DNA from: an uncultured Chloroflexia bacterium
Lineage (GTDB): Bacteria > Chloroflexota > Limnocylindria > Limnocylindrales > CSP1-4
DNA length: 64,000 nucleotides
Assembly: GCA_963707215.1 (NCBI GenBank)
Contig: CAVPPB010000003.1
Coordinates: forward strand, 448,001-512,000
Direction of reading: 5' to 3'
Numbering within the stretch: position 1 is the stretch's first letter; each line of letters begins with the position of its first letter. Below are positions 57,929 to 64,000 of this stretch, in pieces. The translations under genes were made by a program, and so were the position numbers. The notes below the pieces were generated by a model, which saw nothing but the letters and a program-made list of their open reading frames with translations, did no database searches and was not told the DNA's origin.

Positions 57929-57992
57929 GACGACTCTCTCGAGATAGCGACGCCGCCCCGGGTCCCGGGACGGCGGTCGAGTCATGCTGGCC

Positions 57993-58085
57993 TGCTCCCT
58001 ACGCCGGTACGAACCGGATCAGGTTGGCGGGTCTGTGGCGGGGCCACACTCTCAGCGCGTCGTCGCGCTCCCCGGAGGCGGTATT
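57993..58085 (-). ncRNA. TPP riboswitch
   Basis: Minus strand reads GGGGAGC...GCTGAGA...ACCC..AACCTGATCCGG....TACCGGCGTAGGGAG. Confidence 0.95.
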
Positions 58086-58101
58086 CGGTTGTCCTTCGAT
58101 T

Positions 58102-59020
58102 CTACACCGGCCCGGCGGAGGGTTCGACGAGCACAGTCTCCGCGCGTGATCCGTTGGCCAGGGGCACCGGGCGGCCGGAGACGGCCCGGCCGCCAGCCGG
58201 TCCCCCACCCAGGCGACCAGGTCGGCGACGATCTGCCGGCCCGTCCGGCTCGTTGAGGCTCTCGTGGCGCAGGCCCGGGAGCACCCGCCGGGTCACCCCA
58301 TCGAGCCGTCCCAGCGCTTCGGTCGAGGTGACCGGCACGACGGGGTCCGTCCGAGCCGTGGATGACCAGGGTCGGCATCGGCATCCGCTCCAGCGTCGCG
58401 AGCCGCTCGCTCACCCGTCGCTGGGCATCGAAGCCGATCCGGGCGAGGTGGACCGTCCCGGCCTGACGGATGAGCGGGTCGGCGGCGTCAGCGGCCGCCT
58501 GGGCCGGGTCGCACGAGACATCCTGCGGGCGGATCCCGGACGGCAGGCGCAGCCGCGGCAGCAGTGGATCGAGCCATGGCGCCGCCCGATGCTTCCAGGG
58601 AGCAAGGCTGTCCGCGAGGCTCGGGGCGGACAGGATCAGCAGATCGCTCGTCGGGCGTCCGCTGGTGGCCTGGTCGAGGGCGATGAGGCCGCCCATCGAA
58701 TGGCCCAGCATCACGACCGGGCGATCGCCCGCGGCGGCGCGCAGTCGCTCCAAGGCCTCGTCGACGTCGTCGAGGAGGCTCTCCCAGCGCTCGATGTGGC
58801 AGGGGGTCCCACCCGAAGCACCGAAACCGCGATGGTCCCAGCCGTGGACGTGGATCCCGGCGGCGGCGAGGATCGAGCCGGTTCGCTCGTAGCGGCCGCT
58901 GTGCTCGCCCAGCCCATGGACCAGCAGCATCCCGGCCCAGGGCGGCGCCGACGGCGCCCAGGCACGGGTCCGCAGGGTGATCCCGTCGCGGGAGGTGACC
59001 GAACCGATCTCCGATGGCAT
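58102..59020 (-). CDS. Lysophospholipase/monoacylglycerol lipase-like alpha/beta hydrolase; C-terminal frameshifts, 3' end uncertain
   Basis: VHGLGEHSGRY, DHRGFG, GHSMGG and IHGSD. The catalytic RHESLNE lies in another frame (ORF 58102..58338). Confidence 0.8.
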
Positions 59021-59076
59021 CCTTCGCCTCGCATGCCGGCCGCGCGGCCGTCGGCGGCATCGTAGCGGAGCGGACG

Positions 59077-59883
59077 ATGGTGGACTGGCTCGAGGTCGGC
59101 GACCGGGTCTTCGTCCGGCGCTACCGCTTCTACGACCAGGGGATCGGGGCGATCCTGTCCGAGGCCGGTGTCGCGATCGTCGACACCCGGACGACGCCGG
59201 CGCAGGCCCGCGAGGTCCTGGCCGACCTGCGGACGCTGACCGACCTGCCCGTCACGGTCGTCATCGACACCCACCACCACCACGACCACGCTTTCGGAAA
59301 CTCGGTCTTCCGGCCGGCGGTCATCTGGGGCCACGCTCGCTGCGCGACCCGCCTGATCGAGACGGCCGCGGCCCAGATCCGATCGGTGAGCGAGGAGATC
59401 CCCGGGCTGGCCGAGGAGCTCCGCGACATCGTCGTCGACCCGCCCGACCGGACCTTCGAAGAGACCGCCTACGTCGACCTCGGCGGGCGGCGGCTGGAGC
59501 TCCGCTACCTGGGCCGCGGGCACACTGACGACGACATCGTCGTGCTCGTCCCCGACGCCGGGGTGCTCTTCGCCGGTGACCTCCTCGAGAACGGGGCCCC
59601 GCCGTGGTTCGGGGACGGCTACCCGCTCGACTGGCCGGAGACCGCCAGCCGGCTGCTGGACCTGGTCCACGGGCCGGTCGTGCCGGGTCACGGCGACGTC
59701 GGCGACCGCTCGTTCGTCGAGGACCAGCTGGCAGCCTTCCTCGCGGTAGCCGAGGCGGGCCGACGCGTCCACCGGGGCGAGGTCGGCCTGGACGACGCGG
59801 TCGCCGCGGGACCGTTCGGGCCGGCGGCCTCTCGCGAGCCGATCGAGCGGGCGGTCGCCCAGCTGCGGGGCGAGCTCGACTGA
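59077..59883 (+). CDS. Metallo-beta-lactamase-fold hydrolase (cyclase-like subgroup)
   Basis: THHHHDHAFGN, GHTDDD, FAGDL and VPGHG. Confidence 0.9.
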   Translation: MVDWLEVGDRVFVRRYRFYDQGIGAILSEAGVAIVDTRTTPAQAREVLADLRTLTDLPVTVVIDTHHHHDHAFGNSVFRPAVIWGHARCATRLIETAAAQIRSVSEEIPGLAEELRDIVVDPPDRTFEETAYVDLGGRRLELRYLGRGHTDDDIVVLVPDAGVLFAGDLLENGAPPWFGDGYPLDWPETASRLLDLVHGPVVPGHGDVGDRSFVEDQLAAFLAVAEAGRRVHRGEVGLDDAVAAGPFGPAASREPIERAVAQLRGELD

Positions 59884-59945
59884 GGGCGGGTCCCCGTGGA
59901 CCCGGTGGCGGCGCTCGTGGCCGGGGCGCTGCGGAGCGACCTGGA

Positions 59946-60950
59946 CTAGCCGCCGACCCGGACCACCCAGCGACCCCTGGCATCGCCGGCGACGATCGCA
60001 TCGAGCGCCGGTTCGACCGTGTCGAGGGACACCTCGGTCACATCCTGGCCCAGGGCCCGCGGGCGCAGATCGTCGCCCAGCCTCGCCCAGAGCGCGCGTC
60101 GCGTCTCGATCGGCATGGCTACCGAGTCCATCCCCAGGAGCCCGACGCCGCGGAGGATGAACGGCAGGACCGTCGTCGAGAAGGCAGCCCCGCCGGCGTT
60201 GCCGCAGGCCGCGACCGCGGCTCCGGGCGCCAGGGTCCGCAGGATGTACGGCATCGTCGGTGCGCCGACCGCGTCGATGGCCCCGGCCCAGCGCCCCGAC
60301 TCCAGCGGTCGGGCGCTCTCGGCGGTCACCTCCTCGCGGGTCAGGATGCCGGCAGCCCCCAGCTCGCGGAGCCGGTCGGCCTCGTCCGCCTTGCCGGTCG
60401 CCGCCCAGACCTCGTAGCCCAGCGGCGTCAGGATCGCGACCGCCGAGCGACCCACGCCACCGGCGGCGCCGGTCACGAGCACCGGACCCGCGGCCGGCGT
60501 CAGCCCACGTCCCTCGAGCGCGGCGACGCCCATCGCTGCCGTGAACCCGGCCGTGCCGATCGCCATGGCCTCGCGGGCCGAGAGGCCGTCCGGCAGCGGC
60601 ACGGCCCAGCCGGCCGGGATCCGCTGGTACTCGCCGTAGCCGCCGTGCCGCGACACGCCGAGCTCGTAGCCGTTGGCGAGGACCTCCGAGCCGACGGGGA
60701 AGGTCGGGTCGGCCGAGCCGACCACCTCGCCGGCCAGGTCGATCCCGGGGATGAGCGGGCTGATCCGGGCGACCTTGCCGTCGAAGCGGGTCGCCAGGCC
60801 GTCCTTGAAGTTGACCCCGGACCAGGCGACCCGGACCTCGACCTCGCCGTCGGGCAGGTCGGCCGGTGACAGCGTCCGGAGGCCCCGCTCGACCCGGTCC
60901 TCGAGGCGCTCGGCGACGTAGGCGCGGAAGGTCTCGGGGATGGCGCTCAT
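59946..60950 (-). CDS. acuI: Acryloyl-CoA reductase AcuI/YhdH family oxidoreductase
   Basis: [31 protein letters not shown] and PFILRGV.LLGMDSV. Confidence 0.85.
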   Translation of the reverse strand: MSAIPETFRAYVAERLEDRVERGLRTLSPADLPDGEVEVRVAWSGVNFKDGLATRFDGKVARISPLIPGIDLAGEVVGSADPTFPVGSEVLANGYELGVSRHGGYGEYQRIPAGWAVPLPDGLSAREAMAIGTAGFTAAMGVAALEGRGLTPAAGPVLVTGAAGGVGRSAVAILTPLGYEVWAATGKADEADRLRELGAAGILTREEVTAESARPLESGRWAGAIDAVGAPTMPYILRTLAPGAAVAACGNAGGAAFSTTVLPFILRGVGLLGMDSVAMPIETRRALWARLGDDLRPRALGQDVTEVSLDTVEPALDAIVAGDARGRWVVRVGG

Positions 60951-61378
60951 GGTCGCTCCTCCTGCGCGGCCAGGATCTCGGCCCGGCGCGAGTGCTCCTT
61001 CGGGATGACGGTCGTCCCGACCGCCCGGCAGGTGACGACGGGCTCGGCGAGGACGTCGGCGGCCGATGGTGACAGGTCATAGCGGCTGGCGATGACCTTG
61101 CGAGCCTCGAACTCGACCGTCCGGCTGGTGTTGCCGATGCGGACGATCCGGCCGGTCACCTCCAGGAAGTCGCCGGCGTGGACCGGCGCCAGGAACTCGA
61201 TCCGGTCGTAGCCGACGAAGAGGCCTTCGTCGCCGTCGGTGACGATCGCCAGCTCGGTGATGACGTCCCCGAAGAGCTCGAGGGTCCGGGCCCCGGCCAC
61301 CAGGTTCCCGCCGTAGTGGACGTCCTCCTGGCCCATCCGGACCCGCAATGTCGCGGTGATCGGCTCCTCGTTCGTCAT
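60947..61378 (-). CDS. kal: Hotdog-fold beta-aminoacyl-CoA ammonia-lyase (Kal / beta-alanyl-CoA ammonia-lyase family)
   Basis: RM...D.HYGGNLV.GA, FGDV.TEL, DGDEGLF, FLAPV.AGD, GNTSR, FEARKVI and SAADVL.EP. Confidence 0.85.
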   Translation of the reverse strand: MTNEEPITATLRVRMGQEDVHYGGNLVAGARTLELFGDVITELAIVTDGDEGLFVGYDRIEFLAPVHAGDFLEVTGRIVRIGNTSRTVEFEARKVIASRYDLSPSAADVLAEPVVTCRAVGTTVIPKEHSRRAEILAAQEERP

Positions 61379-61463
61379 CGTCGTCCCTCCTGGCCGGTCC
61401 ATCCGGCTCGATCGTGCGCCGGCAGAGCCGGTCCCGGTGTCATCTTCGAGCGGGCCGCCGCGA

Positions 61464-63551
61464 TCACCCGCCGTCCCTCAGGATGACGAGCCCGTCGACG
61501 GCGATCGTCCGATCGCGGCCGACGAGGATCGGGTTGAGGTCGATGGCCGCGACGCGGGGATGATCGACGCCGAACGCGGCCAGACCGCAGATCGCGTCGA
61601 GCACGCCTTCCTCCGGGATCGCTCCCCCGCGGGCGGTCCGGAGCATCCGGCCGACGACCGTCTCGTCGAGCATCCGGCGAGCCTCGTCCCGGTCGATGCG
61701 GCCCACCCGCACGGCGACCTGGTCCAGGTACTCGGTCCAGATGCCGCCGAGGCCGACAAGGACGACCGGCCCGAACTGGGGGTCGCGCTGGAAGCCGGCG
61801 ATGAGCTCGACCTCGCCCTCGAGCATCTCGGCGACGAGCAGGCGACCCGGGTGCCCCAGGGCTGCGAGCCGCTCGAGGATGGAGGCGGCAGCGTCGCGGA
61901 CCCGATCGGCCGTCCCCAGGCCGACCCGCACCAGGCCCTGCTCGCTCTTGTGGGCGATCTCGGGGCCGACCGCCTTGACGACGACCGGGTAGCCGAGCGA
62001 CTCGGCCGCCCGGACGGCCGCCTCGACGTCCTCCACGATGACGCGCCGGGGCACCGGGATGCCGTACCGAGCGGCTGCCTGGAGGGACGCGTCCTCGTCG
62101 AGCTGCGAGGCACCTCGTCCGATGGCGTCGTCCAGCTCGGGGAGGGCGATCGGCGCCGCGTCCGGGGCCAGGCCCTCCCCCGGCCACTCGGTCCGTCCGG
62201 CGATCTTGGCGATGGCGTCGAGGCCCACCCAGGCGCCGCGAAGGAGCGGGATCCCCTCGGCGTGGCAGAAGGCCGAGAGCTCTGGCGCCGGATCCTGGCT
62301 CGACGGGCTCAGGTAGATGGGGGTCTTGCCGCTGCGTCGGGCGGCGGCGGCGAGGTAGGCGGCGAGGTCGCGGCCCAGCTGGAGCTCGAAGGAGCCGCAG
62401 GTGGTCTGCTGGTCGATCGACATGACCAGGACGTCGCCGTCCTCGGCCGCGGCGGTCTCCAGCGCCTCCGGGTAGATGACCTGGTAGTCGTCCGTCCCCC
62501 AGGGGTCCATCGGGTTGGCGACGTGGAACTGCGGCCAGCGCTCCCGGAGCCGGGCGATCCCGGCGTCGCTCATCGGCGGCAGCTCGATCCCGAGATCCTC
62601 GGCCAGGTCCGCCAGCAGATTCGCCTCGCCGCCGGAGTTGGTGACGACGTGGGCGCGCCGGCCGAGCCGGGTCCGACCGGCCCCCAGCAGCTCGCCGACG
62701 GTGGTCAGCTCGTCGAGGTCGGCGCAGAGGATGGCCCCGACCTGGCGGAGGGCAGAGGCGGCGACCCGGGCGCTGCCGGCGAGCTTGCCGCTGTGGGCGC
62801 GGATCCCCTCCTGGGCGATGGCCGAACGACCGACCTTGCACACGGCCAGCGTCTTGTCGGCCTCGGCGAGGACCCGGGCGGCGTCCAGGAAGCCGAGCGG
62901 GTCGCCGAAGCCCTCCACGAAGGCCAGCACCGCGTCGGTCTCGGGGTCCTCGGCGAAGAAACGGACGTAGTCGGCCAGGCCCGTCCCGGCCTCGGCGCCG
63001 CACGAGACGATCGTCGAGATCGGCACCCTGCCCCCGTTGTTGACGAACGCCTCCACGATGGCGCCGCTCTGGGCGACGATGCCGACCCGCCCGCGGCGCA
63101 CGTGCGGCGGCACGGTGCCGATGTACGGCGCCGCCCCTGTGACCAGGTCGACGAAGCCCATGCAGTTCGGTCCCACCACCGCGACGTCCCGCTCGACCGC
63201 CAGCCGGCGGAGACCGGCGGCCAGCTCCGTCGCCGCGTAGCCGGAGTCGGTGAAGCCCCCACCGGGGACGACGACGGCTCGTGCCCCCACGTCGACGGCC
63301 CGAGTGGCGGTCTCGAGGACGCGCTCGGTGGCCAGCTGGATGAGCACGACGTCCGGTGCCTCATCGAGGGCCTCGAGCGAAGCGACCGCAGCCACCGCAG
63401 CGACGTCGGCGTACTTCGGGTTGACCGGCAGCAGGCGTCCCGTGTAGCCGAGCCGGCGGCAGTTCTCGAGGGCGACCCGCCCGACGAACGTCCGGGGAGT
63501 CGCCCCGACGACCGCGACCGAGCGCGGGCGCAGGACGGGAGTCAGATCCAT
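61464..63551 (-). CDS. NDP-forming acyl-CoA synthetase (fused alpha-beta acetate--CoA ligase family)
   Basis: [20 protein letters not shown], phospho-His [21 protein letters not shown] and IDLNP; SD AGGAGG. Confidence 0.92.
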   Translation of the reverse strand: MDLTPVLRPRSVAVVGATPRTFVGRVALENCRRLGYTGRLLPVNPKYADVAAVAAVASLEALDEAPDVVLIQLATERVLETATRAVDVGARAVVVPGGGFTDSGYAATELAAGLRRLAVERDVAVVGPNCMGFVDLVTGAAPYIGTVPPHVRRGRVGIVAQSGAIVEAFVNNGGRVPISTIVSCGAEAGTGLADYVRFFAEDPETDAVLAFVEGFGDPLGFLDAARVLAEADKTLAVCKVGRSAIAQEGIRAHSGKLAGSARVAASALRQVGAILCADLDELTTVGELLGAGRTRLGRRAHVVTNSGGEANLLADLAEDLGIELPPMSDAGIARLRERWPQFHVANPMDPWGTDDYQVIYPEALETAAAEDGDVLVMSIDQQTTCGSFELQLGRDLAAYLAAAARRSGKTPIYLSPSSQDPAPELSAFCHAEGIPLLRGAWVGLDAIAKIAGRTEWPGEGLAPDAAPIALPELDDAIGRGASQLDEDASLQAAARYGIPVPRRVIVEDVEAAVRAAESLGYPVVVKAVGPEIAHKSEQGLVRVGLGTADRVRDAAASILERLAALGHPGRLLVAEMLEGEVELIAGFQRDPQFGPVVLVGLGGIWTEYLDQVAVRVGRIDRDEARRMLDETVVGRMLRTARGGAIPEEGVLDAICGLAAFGVDHPRVAAIDLNPILVGRDRTIAVDGLVILRDGG

Positions 63552-63735
63552 CGCTCGGGCCTCCTGCTCGCCGTCGCGGTCGCCGATGGCGCTGCCGCGC
63601 CGGCCTGCCGCAACGGTACCGCCCCGCCAGCGACCGCGGCCTCCCGGTCGCGACGGGCGGTCGTGGTCGACGCTCGATCCATGGCTCGCCGGGTGGCTTG
63701 ACGACGACGGATGCGTCAGGCATCCTCCGTCGACC

Positions 63736-63801
63736 ATGACCCGAATGGCTCGTCGCATGTTCATGCCCTGGCGGCCCCGCCGCGTGGAGGACGGGGTCTA
63801 G
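63736..63801 (+). CDS. Candidate leader peptide MTRMARRMFMPWRPRRVEDGV (alternative start 63745)
   Basis: Lies just after TTGACG-N17-CATCCT (63698-63726) and before a terminator. Confidence 0.5.
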   Translation: MTRMARRMFMPWRPRRVEDGV

Positions 63802-63843
63802 GTCTCCGGAGGCTTTCAGCCGGGGACCCGGACCGGTCCCGGG

Positions 63844-63881
63844 GCCGCAGGATCCGACCGCATCGGACCTGCGGCTTTTCT
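63844..63881 (+). terminator. Intrinsic terminator, probably the terminator of an attenuator
   Basis: GCCGCAGG-a-TCCGA-ccgca-TCGGA-CCTGCGGC followed by TTTTCT. Confidence 0.75.
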
Positions 63882-64000
63882 GTACCTCCCACACGACGCG
63901 ACGGACGCCGCACCTCTCCCCCGGATCCGCGCCGGATCCCCGTGCCCGCACGGGCACGACGGGACGATCACCGTCTCCCGACCGCCCCGCCCGAACGAGA

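Noticed and set aside
1-64000. Frequent CGATCG/TCGA words as a HIP1-like repeat
   Set aside because: Plausibly explained by codon usage (ATC, GTC, GAC, GAG). I could not count them against a null model.

Overview
High-GC bacterial chromosome segment with no phage, transposase or CRISPR array. Gene content tentatively suggests a monoderm, possibly Chloroflexota/Limnocylindria-like organism (inference only). In order, it holds a CopC copper cluster, a heliorhodopsin, tRNA-Arg(UCU), a lipid-kinase operon, a CWB2-M14 carboxypeptidase, a polar amino-acid ABC transporter and an orphan amino-methyltransferase. Next come a DUF1611/dipeptide-epimerase pair, tRNA-Glu(CUC), adenosine deaminase, a branched-chain-type 2-oxoacid dehydrogenase cluster with lipA, plsY, nnrE and mutY. 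The centre is a 10-gene heme/iron operon, followed by a glycosyltransferase-ALDH-kinase-SIS cluster, a TPP-riboswitch-controlled ThiY/ThiX-like transporter and an acyl-CoA ligase/ammonia-lyase/AcuI operon. The best candidate for an undescribed system is the heme operon (36552-49576). It starts with a 9-bp-periodic operator-like array and an HTH plus globin-like regulator. It encodes the coproporphyrin-dependent pathway with a His-Pro-repeat radical SAM enzyme where ChdC would be expected, and ends in a coproporphyrinogen oxidase-FeoA fusion coupled to feoB. Other candidates are a leader-peptide attenuator at the right end, an SD-sequestering 5'UTR switch, a triple DnaA-box promoter and frequent leaderless starts. 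Three genes carry clustered single-base frameshifts that look like sequencing errors.
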